DNA from: Desulfovibrio sp.
Lineage (GTDB): Bacteria > Desulfobacterota > Desulfovibrionia > Desulfovibrionales > Desulfovibrionaceae
Assembly (NCBI GenBank): GCA_031291035.1
Contig: JAISLI010000026.1
Coordinates: 4,537 to 68,536, forward strand
Direction: 5' to 3'
Length of the DNA: 64,000 nucleotides
Made by a program: the position numbers and the translations under genes. Shown piece by piece: positions 31,621-40,322 of this stretch (within the stretch, counting starts at the first letter, position 1; every line of letters starts with the position of its first letter). The notes under the pieces were generated by a model, which did not search any database, had not been told where the DNA came from, and was given only the letters and a program-made list of their open reading frames with translations.

Positions 31621-31678
31621 CCACACCGCACTGCGCCGCGTGACCAGCAGGTGGTTGCGCGGTGTGGTGTGGTTTTTT
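31621..31678 (+). terminator. Possible terminator/stem-loop after suyB
   Basis: CCACACCGC...GCGGTGTGG then TTTTTT. Confidence 0.4.
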
Positions 31679-31776
31679 CATCTCCCGGCACATTCCATCC
31701 GGAGGCCGTTCGCCGGCCGGAATTCAAAGACAGCGCGCATCCGCCCGCCGTCTCAAGCCATTTACAAGGAGGTTCC

Positions 31777-32724
31777 ATGAAACGCCGTTTTCTCTCAACA
31801 CTCGTCCTGGCCGCATGCCTGATGCTGATCGCGGCTTTGCCGGCGCGGGCCGCCTACCCCGACAAACCCGTCACAATGATCATCGCGTTCACGGCCGGCG
31901 GTTCCAGCGACGTGCAGGCCCGCGTCATGGAAAAATACTGGAACAAGTACGTGCCCCGGCAGAAGTGGGTTTTTGTGTACAAGCCGGGAGCCGGCGGCGC
32001 CATCGGCTTCGGCGAGATCGCCATGGCCAGGAAGGACGGCTACACCATCGGGGGAATCAACATTCCCCATCTCGTCATCCAGGCCCTCACCCAGAAAGCC
32101 CAGTTCAAGGTGGACGATTTTGACTACATCTGTCAGGTGGTCAACGACCCCCAGTGCGTCGTGGTGCGCAAGGACAGCAAAATAAAAAGCGCGAAGGAGC
32201 TTTTTGAGTACGCCAGGGCCAATCCCGGCAAGCTCAAGGTCGGCCTTGTCGGTCCCAACAGCGGGCATCACCTGATGTATCTCGCCGCCAGGAAAAAACT
32301 CGGCTTTCCCGTCACGGAAGTGTTTTACAAGGGCGCGGCCGACCAGAACGCGGCCCTGCTCGGCGGGGAAGTGGACGCCATGTTCGGCAACCTGAACGAC
32401 GTCATGCGCAGTCTGGAGGAATTTAACATTCTGGCTCTTGCCGCCGAAAAGCGCAACGATTTTCTGCCGGACGTACCCACCCTGAAAGAACAGGGCTATG
32501 ACATTCTTTCGGACATACGCCGCGCCTTTGTGGCGCCTAGGGGCATTCCGGCGGCGGATCTGGCCTTTCTGCGCGAAACCTTCAAAAAAATCTGCATGGA
32601 TCCCGATTACCTGAAAGATATGAAAACCGCCGGCCAGCCCGCCGAATATCTGGACGGCGCGGCCCTGTACAAACACATGCAGTCTCTGGAGACGGAAATC
32701 AGAAACGCCTTCGTCAAAAAATAA
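31777..32724 (+). CDS. Tripartite tricarboxylate transporter substrate-binding protein (TctC/SlcH-like)
   Basis: Signal peptide, YPDKPV, AGGSSD, KPGAGGAIG, KDGYT; GGAGG RBS. Confidence 0.9.
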   Translation: MKRRFLSTLVLAACLMLIAALPARAAYPDKPVTMIIAFTAGGSSDVQARVMEKYWNKYVPRQKWVFVYKPGAGGAIGFGEIAMARKDGYTIGGINIPHLVIQALTQKAQFKVDDFDYICQVVNDPQCVVVRKDSKIKSAKELFEYARANPGKLKVGLVGPNSGHHLMYLAARKKLGFPVTEVFYKGAADQNAALLGGEVDAMFGNLNDVMRSLEEFNILALAAEKRNDFLPDVPTLKEQGYDILSDIRRAFVAPRGIPAADLAFLRETFKKICMDPDYLKDMKTAGQPAEYLDGAALYKHMQSLETEIRNAFVKK

Positions 32725-32754
32725 ACATCGACCGGCAGACCAATGATGTTCCGG

Positions 32755-32783
32755 TTGTCCGGCGGGCGCCGCCCGCCGGACAA
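32755..32783 (+). other. 12-bp perfect stem-loop after the binding-protein gene
   Basis: TTGTCCGGCGGG-CGCCG-CCCGCCGGACAA. Confidence 0.7.
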
Positions 32784-32826
32784 TGCGGACAGGCATTGCC
32801 TCGGCACACGCCTGGCGGAGAGCACA

Positions 32827-34824
32827 ATGAACGAATTCATTTTGACGGCTTTGGCAAACCTCTGTGATCCGGTCAACATTTTGCTGATGATCGGCGGACT
32901 TGCCGGAGGCATAATCATCGGCGCGCTGCCGGGGCTTACGGCCACCATGGGCGTGGCCCTCATGGTGCCCGTCACCTTTGCCATGGACGCGACCAGCGGC
33001 CTTGTCATGCTGGGGGCCATCTATGTCGGGGGCATTTACGGCGGTTCCAACTCCGCCTGTCTCATCTGCACGCCGGGGACGCCCTCTTCCGTCGCCACCA
33101 CCTTCGACGGCTGGCCCATGTGCCAGGCGGGCAAGGCTGACAAGGCACTGATGACTTCCCTTCTGTCCTCGTCCTTCGGCGGCATTGTGGGCACCTTTTT
33201 TCTGCTTTTTCTCGCGGCGCCCCTGGCGCGCGTGGCGCTCCAGTTCGGCGGGCCGGAAAACTTCTGGCTCTGTCTTTTCGGCCTTTCGTCCATTGCCGTC
33301 ATGTCTTCCGGCAACATATACAAGGGCCTTGTTTCCGGCGGCCTGGGCATGCTGGTGGCCACCATGGGCCTTGACCCGCACGTGGCCACGCCGCGCTTCA
33401 CCTTCGGCTATTATCCGCTGATTCAGGGCGTGGAAGTCATCCCCGCCATGATCGGCCTTTTTTCCATCTCCCAGGTTCTCTATCTCATCGGCAGCTACAA
33501 GCCCTTCATTGCGCAATACAATCCCACTCCCGGCGCGCTCGGCATTGTGGCGCGCGAATTGCTGGCAAAATGCAAGACGGTGCTGCTGCGCTCCTCGATC
33601 ATCGGCACGTTTGTGGGCATGCTGCCCGGCGCCGGCGGAGAAATAGCCTCCATCATCGCCTACAATGAAAGCAAACGCTGGGACAAACGGCCGGAGCGCT
33701 ACGGCACGGGCATCACGGAAGGCGTGGCCGCCAGCGAAAGCGCCAACAACGCCGTCATCGGCGGAGCGCTCATCCCCATGCTCACCCTGGGCATCCCCGG
33801 CAGCGCGGTGGCCGCCGTCATTCTCGGCGCGCTGCTGGCCAAGGGGATTCAGCCCGGCTTCAAGGTGTTCACGGTCACGGGGGATTTGGCCTACACGTTC
33901 ATCTTTTCCCAGTTCGCCGTGAATCTGCTCATGATTCCCGTCGGCCTGCTGCTCATCAGGCTGCTGGTCCGCCTGCTCAGCATACGCCTTACCTTTGTGG
34001 CCATCGGCATTGTGCTGCTTTCGGTCATCGGGTCGTACGCCATCCGCAACAGCATGCTGGATGTCTGGATTGCCCTGCTTTTCGGCATCCTCGGCTACTT
34101 CTGCAACAGGGTCAGACTGGACACCGGGGCAATGGCGCTCGGCATTATTCTGGGGCCGATGGTTGAAGAAAACTTCGGCAAATGCGTCAGCCTTGCCAAG
34201 GCCCCCGGCTCTTCGGTCATGCAGGTTTTTCTGGACAGCCCCATCGCGCTGGCGTTGATTTTTCTGACCCTGCTCTCCCTGTGCACGCCCTTTCTCATGA
34301 ATTTGCGCCGCCGGCGCGCCGTTGCGGAATCCGGCCTGCCCGTCCGGCCCGCGCTCACTAACAGGGCGGACTGGCTGAAAGACATGTTGTCCGGGCTTTT
34401 CGTCCTCCTGATTTCCGCGGTCTTTTTTACCCAGATGTACGAACTGGAGGATGTGGGCAGAAACTACGCCCTGCTGCTTCTGGCTTTCATTGTCCTGATG
34501 GGTCTCTGGCTCTGCTTTCAGGGCTTCAGAAAACGGCGCCTCCTGGTTGAGGGGCTTGCGTCCGGGGAAGAAGAGCCGGTCGCCATGCGCCGCGTGGCGA
34601 TTATCGTCGCCGCGTCCGCCGTGTACGCGGCCTTTATCCCCATTCTCGGCTTCTACCCGGCCAGCGCCTTTTTCCTCTGCCTTTCGGCCATAGTGTTGAA
34701 CGACACCGACAGTTCGCCCTACGTCGCCGCCTGCCTTCTGACGCTCATAATGTGTCTGGCCGTATGGCTTGTCTTTGCCATGCTGCTCGGCGTGCCCACG
34801 CCGGAAGGCATGCTGTTTCAATAA
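32827..34824 (+). CDS. TTT permease, TctA fused to C-terminal TctB
   Basis: GALPGL, YGGS, PGTPSSVATTFDG, PGAGG, ESANNA, LGIPGS; extra C-terminal 4-TM module with GFYPAS and VF..LLGVPTPEG. Confidence 0.87.
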   Translation: MNEFILTALANLCDPVNILLMIGGLAGGIIIGALPGLTATMGVALMVPVTFAMDATSGLVMLGAIYVGGIYGGSNSACLICTPGTPSSVATTFDGWPMCQAGKADKALMTSLLSSSFGGIVGTFFLLFLAAPLARVALQFGGPENFWLCLFGLSSIAVMSSGNIYKGLVSGGLGMLVATMGLDPHVATPRFTFGYYPLIQGVEVIPAMIGLFSISQVLYLIGSYKPFIAQYNPTPGALGIVARELLAKCKTVLLRSSIIGTFVGMLPGAGGEIASIIAYNESKRWDKRPERYGTGITEGVAASESANNAVIGGALIPMLTLGIPGSAVAAVILGALLAKGIQPGFKVFTVTGDLAYTFIFSQFAVNLLMIPVGLLLIRLLVRLLSIRLTFVAIGIVLLSVIGSYAIRNSMLDVWIALLFGILGYFCNRVRLDTGAMALGIILGPMVEENFGKCVSLAKAPGSSVMQVFLDSPIALALIFLTLLSLCTPFLMNLRRRRAVAESGLPVRPALTNRADWLKDMLSGLFVLLISAVFFTQMYELEDVGRNYALLLLAFIVLMGLWLCFQGFRKRRLLVEGLASGEEEPVAMRRVAIIVAASAVYAAFIPILGFYPASAFFLCLSAIVLNDTDSSPYVAACLLTLIMCLAVWLVFAMLLGVPTPEGMLFQ

Positions 34825-34851
34825 CCTGAACCGGTTGCCGGAGATTTTTCT

Positions 34852-35865
34852 GTGAACGGATTCTCCCCTCTTCTCCCTGTTGACGAACTGCGCGAACTCG
34901 CCCGGGACGCCTTCAAAGCGGCGCGGATTCCGGAGGCCGTGGCCGCGCTTCTGACAGATTTCCTGCTGTTGGCGGAACTGGACGGCATCCCTTCGCACGG
35001 CTTCTCCCGTCTCCCCTTTTATGCCGATCAGGCCCTGTCCGGCAAAGTTCGGGCCGACGCCACGCCGGTGCTGACAAATCCCAAACCGGCGGTGGTTCTG
35101 GCGGACGCGGGCAACGGATTTTCCTTTCCCGCGATACAGGCCGGGCTTGAGGCGGCGTTCGCGCGGACGGAAGATGAGGGGATATGCTCGCTGGCCGTCA
35201 GGCGCTCGCACCATTGCGGCGTTCTGGGGCACTTTGTGGAAAAAATTGCCGCCGGAGGTTTTGTGGGCCTTGCCTGCGCCAACACTCCGGCCGCCATTGC
35301 CCCGTGGGGAGGAACCAGGGGAGTTTTCGGCACAAATCCTCTGGCCTTTGCCTGTCCGCGCGCGCGCGGCGAACCTGTGGTGGTGGACCTTTCCCTGAGC
35401 GCCGTGGCGCGGGGCAAAATCATGCTGGCAAAACAGCGCGGGGAGAAGATACAGCCCGGCTGGGCGCTTGACCCGGAAGGCCGGGAAACCACTGATCCGG
35501 ACGCGGCGATGGCCGGCACCATGCAACCCCTAGGCGGGGCCAAGGGCGCGGCGCTCGCCCTGATGGTGGAACTGCTGGCCGCCACGCTCACCGGGGCCAA
35601 CCACGCCTCGGAGGCCAGCTCTCTTTTTGAGGCTCAAGGCCCGCCGCCGGGTATCGGACAATTTTTTCTGCTTATTGACCCGCGGCCATTCAACGCCGCT
35701 TTTCTCAACCGGGTGGAAGCGCTCTGCGCCGACATTCTGGAGCAGAAAAATACCCGACTGCCCGGCGCGCGCCGCCAGGAACAACGGCGAAAACGCTCCC
35801 GTGAAGGCTTGCGCCTGCCGGAAAACCTGCTGGCGGAATTGCGCCGCCGCGCCGCCGCCGCGTGA
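34852..35865 (+). CDS. comC: Ldh_2-family dehydrogenase, likely (2R)-3-sulfolactate dehydrogenase
   Basis: DGIPSHG, RSHHCG, FGTNPLAF, GGAKG; family clear, substrate inferred from suyAB context. Confidence 0.72.
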   Translation: MNGFSPLLPVDELRELARDAFKAARIPEAVAALLTDFLLLAELDGIPSHGFSRLPFYADQALSGKVRADATPVLTNPKPAVVLADAGNGFSFPAIQAGLEAAFARTEDEGICSLAVRRSHHCGVLGHFVEKIAAGGFVGLACANTPAAIAPWGGTRGVFGTNPLAFACPRARGEPVVVDLSLSAVARGKIMLAKQRGEKIQPGWALDPEGRETTDPDAAMAGTMQPLGGAKGAALALMVELLAATLTGANHASEASSLFEAQGPPPGIGQFFLLIDPRPFNAAFLNRVEALCADILEQKNTRLPGARRQEQRRKRSREGLRLPENLLAELRRRAAAA

Positions 35866-35916
35866 CGGTAGAAGCCGGAACGTCCCTCGTCCGCTCCGCG
35901 ATCAGCCGGCAGGTCA

Positions 35917-36951
35917 TCATTTTTTGCTTTTTTGCTTTTTTTGTGCCGCCGCGCCGCGTGACGGCGATTCCTGGGCGCGCAGAAGCGCCCGGGCGTTCGG
36001 CTCGCCGTTCCGGGCGGCCAGCCTGTACCAGCGATTGGCCTCGCTCAGGTTGCGCGCCACTCCTGTGCCCTGCTCGTACATGAGCCCAAGGCTGTACTGG
36101 GCCGCCGGCTCGTTCTGCTCGGCGGCGTTGCGGTAATATTCAACGGCCTTGTTGTAATCCTGGGGCACACCGCGGCCCTGCTCGTACATGAGGCCGAGAT
36201 TGTACCGGGCTTCGGCGGAGCCGCGCTCGGCGGCGCGGGAATACCAATGCACGGCTTTGACGGCGTCCTGCACGTAGCCTCGTCCTTCGGCGTACATGTA
36301 GGCCAGATTGTTCTGCGCCTTGACGTGGTCCTGATCAGCGGCCTTGCTGAACCAGTGGGCGGCTTTGCTGTCGCTCTGGTTTTCCCCTTTGGAATTCAGG
36401 TATATCCAGCCCAAAGAATACTGGGCCTGGTCAAGCCCCTGGTTGGCGGCCCGGCTGTACCAGTCTATGGCGGTATTTTCATTTTTGGGCACGCCCCGGC
36501 CATAGGCGTAAAGATATCCAAGGCTGTACTGGGCCAGCGCGTGTCCCTGCTCGGCGGCCTTGGACAGCCAGCGCGCCGCCTCCCTGTAATTGCGGCGTAC
36601 GCCCGTGCCCGAGGCCAAGGCCGCGCCGAAGGCGTACTGGGCGCTTGTGTCGCCCTTTTCAGCGGCCTGACTGAAAAGCCGGACAGCCCGCGTCTTGTCC
36701 TGCTTGACCCCTTTGCCCTCCAAAAGCAGTATGCCCTGCATGTACAGGGCTTCGGCGTTGCCGGCGGTCGCGGCCGTTTCAAGCAGGGCGGCGGCCCCGG
36801 CGTAATCCTGTCTGTCAAAAGCCTCCTGGGCTTCGCGCAGGGGTTCCTCGCCGGCGGCAAAACAGAAGCGCGCGGGAAAGCACAACAGGAAAAGCAGCGT
36901 ACAGAAATATCTGGCCGCGGGCAAAAAAACCGCTGTCGTTGTCTGTTTCAT
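35917..36951 (-). CDS. Secreted Sel1-repeat protein
   Basis: Signal peptide; repeated AQYxLGxxYxxGxGV...AxxWYxxAA units. Confidence 0.92.
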   Translation of the reverse strand: MKQTTTAVFLPAARYFCTLLFLLCFPARFCFAAGEEPLREAQEAFDRQDYAGAAALLETAATAGNAEALYMQGILLLEGKGVKQDKTRAVRLFSQAAEKGDTSAQYAFGAALASGTGVRRNYREAARWLSKAAEQGHALAQYSLGYLYAYGRGVPKNENTAIDWYSRAANQGLDQAQYSLGWIYLNSKGENQSDSKAAHWFSKAADQDHVKAQNNLAYMYAEGRGYVQDAVKAVHWYSRAAERGSAEARYNLGLMYEQGRGVPQDYNKAVEYYRNAAEQNEPAAQYSLGLMYEQGTGVARNLSEANRWYRLAARNGEPNARALLRAQESPSRGAAAQKKQKSKK

Positions 36952-36958
36952 ACCGGTC

Positions 36959-38656
36959 TCATAGTCGCGCAAGCGTTCTGATCCAATACTGATTTTCACT
37001 GCCCCGCACCGTCAGGGCATATTTGGCGCAATATCGGCGGCGCGCGCTCTGCACGGCGTCACTTTTCCACCAACGCGAAGGATTGTCAAAAACGCGCCCC
37101 ACCGCGCGGGCCGCATCCTCCGGTGTGGGATACCATATACCGGCCTCCGCGAGGCCGTCGAGCATGATTTCGCTTTCCCGCGTGAAAGACCAAAAATGGC
37201 GCGACCAGTACGACACTGTGGGAACATTGGCCACCAGGGCTTCCAGCATGGTAGTGCCCGGATGGTCAAGGACAAGCAGACGGCAGGAAAGCATCCGCCC
37301 GGCAAGATTGCCAGCGCACAGGCGCACTTGCGGAAACTGCGGCAAAAGCCAGTCCGCGTCCCTGAGAGTGCCCGGCACGGGGAAATAGGGGCGATACAGG
37401 CTGCGCCCGCGCAAATCATCGCGCAGGGCCGTGAAAAACCGCCTTTTGGCCTGACGGTATTCCAGCACCCGCAGCGGGGTCGGCCAGCCGTCCAGCCTGT
37501 AGGGGAAAAGCGGCATTTCCGTGCCCACAAAGAGGATGTCTTCCCCCCCGGCGCGATGTTGTTCCGCGATGCGGGCAAGCTGCGGGTAGGGCAAGGGGAT
37601 GAAATTGCCGCGCAGGCCGCCGTGCTCCCGCCAGCCCCAGGTGACAAAGGCGTGCTGGCAGTATTCCACGGCGGGCGCCATGCACCCCGCGCGTATCTGG
37701 CCGTAGCCGGCGCCGTGCTGCGCATACATGAGACGATGCCCGCGCCCGCGCCAGACGGCCAGCCTCTGGAGATATTTTTCGTCTTCATAAGACAGGATGC
37801 TCGCAACGCGCAGACGGGGGGCGGCGGTCACACGCAACTTCACCGGATGCCTGAGTTCACGCAGGCCGCGCGGCAACGCCGCAAGAAAAACAGGCAGAGC
37901 CGGCAAGGGCGGATCGCATTGCGGCCTTGCCCCTTCAAAAATTGCGCCGGGCGGGAAAGAATGATCCTTTCCCCTGCTTTTATGCAGCAGCGCCAGTGAA
38001 AAGCGCAGGCTCTGGAGCAGGCTCATTCCCTTGAGAGGCGGGCAGGGCAGCCCCAGGACCAGACGGCGAGCGCCCTGCCGCAGGCGTTCTTTCACTCCCC
38101 GGGGCCTGTTGTCGATCCCGCGCCGTTCGCTGACGGGGGGCAGGATTTCCTTCCGCCACGCTCCGGGCCATGCGGCCTCCAGCAGGCGGGAAAGGAGCCA
38201 GTGATTGAAGGCCGTGCCCAGCGCGCCGTACAGGGTAAAATCATGCCCCGTGGCAAAGCTGAAGGAACATTCCTCCGGCAGCAGGGGCACGCGCAGGGGC
38301 AGCCCCCCCCAAAGCTCGATCATGGCGGCGACGCGCATCCGGCGTTCGGCTATTTGCCGGGCCACATCCACACCCCAGGGCGCGAGCAGCGTTTCCCAAT
38401 AGGCCGGGGGCAGGTTGTTGGCCGGGCAAAGCGTCTCGGCCAGGGCCGGCAGCGCTTCGGCATAGATGACCAGCGCCTGTTGCGCGCAATGTTCCAGACA
38501 GGCCGGATCGCGCAGGGGTTCCGGCGCGAAGACGAAACGATTTTCCCAGTCGGGGAAAATCTCCTCCCTGCCGGCAAAACACCAGGGCCCGGCCGCAAGA
38601 CAAACCCTGGGGTCCGCTCCTTCGGGCATGGCCCCCAACACCAGAATTTTTTCCAT
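36959..38656 (-). CDS. LIC12162-family putative transferase
   Basis: LAAGPWC, YAQHG..YG, FVTWGW, YRPY, LDHPGTT.LEAL. Confidence 0.7.
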   Translation of the reverse strand: MEKILVLGAMPEGADPRVCLAAGPWCFAGREEIFPDWENRFVFAPEPLRDPACLEHCAQQALVIYAEALPALAETLCPANNLPPAYWETLLAPWGVDVARQIAERRMRVAAMIELWGGLPLRVPLLPEECSFSFATGHDFTLYGALGTAFNHWLLSRLLEAAWPGAWRKEILPPVSERRGIDNRPRGVKERLRQGARRLVLGLPCPPLKGMSLLQSLRFSLALLHKSRGKDHSFPPGAIFEGARPQCDPPLPALPVFLAALPRGLRELRHPVKLRVTAAPRLRVASILSYEDEKYLQRLAVWRGRGHRLMYAQHGAGYGQIRAGCMAPAVEYCQHAFVTWGWREHGGLRGNFIPLPYPQLARIAEQHRAGGEDILFVGTEMPLFPYRLDGWPTPLRVLEYRQAKRRFFTALRDDLRGRSLYRPYFPVPGTLRDADWLLPQFPQVRLCAGNLAGRMLSCRLLVLDHPGTTMLEALVANVPTVSYWSRHFWSFTRESEIMLDGLAEAGIWYPTPEDAARAVGRVFDNPSRWWKSDAVQSARRRYCAKYALTVRGSENQYWIRTLARL

Positions 38657-38661
38657 GTCTC

Positions 38662-39723
38662 TTATAAGTTGTCGAGATCGGCCCAGGCAAGCACCGTATC
38701 TTCCGGCAAATCGCGCCGGGCGCGCATGGTGAGCACCTCGTCGTAGTTGCGCGGGGAAATGCCGTGGGCCGGGCGCTTCCATGTCAGATCCCGCGGGGTG
38801 AGTTTCCTCCCCGCCCCGACGGGGCGTGCCGTCACCAGGGAGCGGCGGGCATTGGCTCTGGCGGGATCTTCCTCCGGCAGGGCGCGCAGGCTGAATTCTC
38901 CGATGGAGGCCAGGGTCAGTTTGAGACGCCGTAAAAAGCGCCGCAAATCGTCCTTGTCCATTGCGTGATAGTGGTCATTGCCGGGCAGGGTTTTGTCGTG
39001 GGTGAAATGCTTTTCCAGCACGCGCGCGCCCAGCAGTACGGCTGTTTCCAGAATATGCATGTCTCCGGGCAGGGTATGGTCGGAATAACCGATGACATAT
39101 TCCGGAAAATGCCGTTTAAGGGCCGGAATCATCCCCAGAGCCGCGTTTTCGTCGGCGGTGGGATAGTTCAGGACACAGTGCATGAGGGCCAGGGGATTGC
39201 CTTTTTCCCCAATCCATTCCACAGCCTCCGCGATTTCGTGCAGATGCGACGCGCCGGTGGAAAGCAGGATGGGTTTTTTGAAATCACACAGGATGCGGAT
39301 AAAAGGCTTGTTGGTGATATCCGAGGAGGAAATTTTAAAAACCTCCATGAGATCGTTGAGAAATCGGGCGCTCTCCACATCGAAGGGGGTGGAAAGAAAA
39401 ACAATGCCCTCGCTCTCGCAACATTTTTTCAGGGCCTCGAATTCTTTTTTCCAGAAGGAATCGTGTTTTTTGAAAAGTTCGTACTGGGTTTTTGCCGGCT
39501 CCTTGCCGGTATCCCAATAGGCGGGAGAATCCCTGGAAGCCAGGGTGGTCGCCCTGTACGTCTGGAACTTGACGGCGTCGGCCCCGCCTTCGGCCGCCTC
39601 GGCGACAAGGCGTCTGGCGGTCTCCATGCTCCCTTCGTGATTCACGCCGGCCTCGGCAATGACGCAGGGCATCGGTATGGCTTTTTCCGGTCCGGGGCAG
39701 GCAAAAATGTCGGCAAATTTCAT
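38662..39723 (-). CDS. NeuB/SpsE-family nonulosonic acid synthase
   Basis: IAEAGVNHEG, DAVKFQ, STPFD, KISSSD, LLSTG, GYSDHT, EKHFT, C-terminal SAF (RRSL..KRP.HGI). Confidence 0.92.
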   Translation of the reverse strand: MKFADIFACPGPEKAIPMPCVIAEAGVNHEGSMETARRLVAEAAEGGADAVKFQTYRATTLASRDSPAYWDTGKEPAKTQYELFKKHDSFWKKEFEALKKCCESEGIVFLSTPFDVESARFLNDLMEVFKISSSDITNKPFIRILCDFKKPILLSTGASHLHEIAEAVEWIGEKGNPLALMHCVLNYPTADENAALGMIPALKRHFPEYVIGYSDHTLPGDMHILETAVLLGARVLEKHFTHDKTLPGNDHYHAMDKDDLRRFLRRLKLTLASIGEFSLRALPEEDPARANARRSLVTARPVGAGRKLTPRDLTWKRPAHGISPRNYDEVLTMRARRDLPEDTVLAWADLDNL

Positions 39724-39801
39724 GCGCTAAGGTCAACCTCGCAACGAACACTCAACATACGGCAAAGCGCGTTGCGGGTCAATAGAGACGCCGAGATAAT
39801 C

Positions 39802-40152
39802 CGGGGCAGACGCATCTAAAAAAGTCTACAGAGTGGGGGCATGAACACCCCCACAGAAATTACTTTGGCAATTTTCCGAACCTTACCTGACCCGCGAGTG
39901 GAACGCACAAAGATACATAGTATTGAAATTATTATATTTATTGCTTTGTGTACAGACTTGTCGGGAGGTAATGGCTTTTATGACATGGAGGGTTATGCCC
40001 ATGCCCGAAAGAAATGGCTCCGTAAGCATATCGGCATGACGGACATTCCCAGCCACGACACGTTTAATCGTGTGTTTCAGGCTATTTCGCCAGCCTGTTT
40101 TGGGAAATGCCTCATGGAATTATCCCGCTGTTTGCGTGAGCAAGTAAGCGGT
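39802..40152 (+). mobile_element. ISAs1-family transposase remnant (5' part only)
   Basis: ORF 39841 reads LPDPRVERTKIH.....IFIALC..LSG...FYDME..A...W.....IPSHDTFNRVF; homology stops after about 104 codons, before the DDE core. Confidence 0.85.
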
Positions 40153-40160
40153 GATACACT

Positions 40161-40322
40161 TATAACGAGGTCGGCAACGCGATATACAGGCAAGCCCAAC
40201 TGTTGCGGGGAGAACGGGAGCGCGGGGACTGGAAAGAGTATCCGCAGCGCATGATCAATTACGCTTTCGGCGCGGCGGGCGACATCGACATTTCGAAGTT
40301 TGTTTGGGCGCGTAAGATTTGA
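40161..40322 (+). pseudogene. Orphan C-terminal fragment of an unidentified gene
   Basis: Open frame YNEVGNAIYRQAQLLRGERERGDWKEYPQRMINYAFGAAGDIDISKFVWARKI*, no start, cut by the IS remnant. Confidence 0.35.

Noticed and set aside
31795-35526. 1243-aa minus-strand ORF
   Set aside because: Antisense shadow of the tctC/tctAB/comC genes in GC-rich DNA; no motifs
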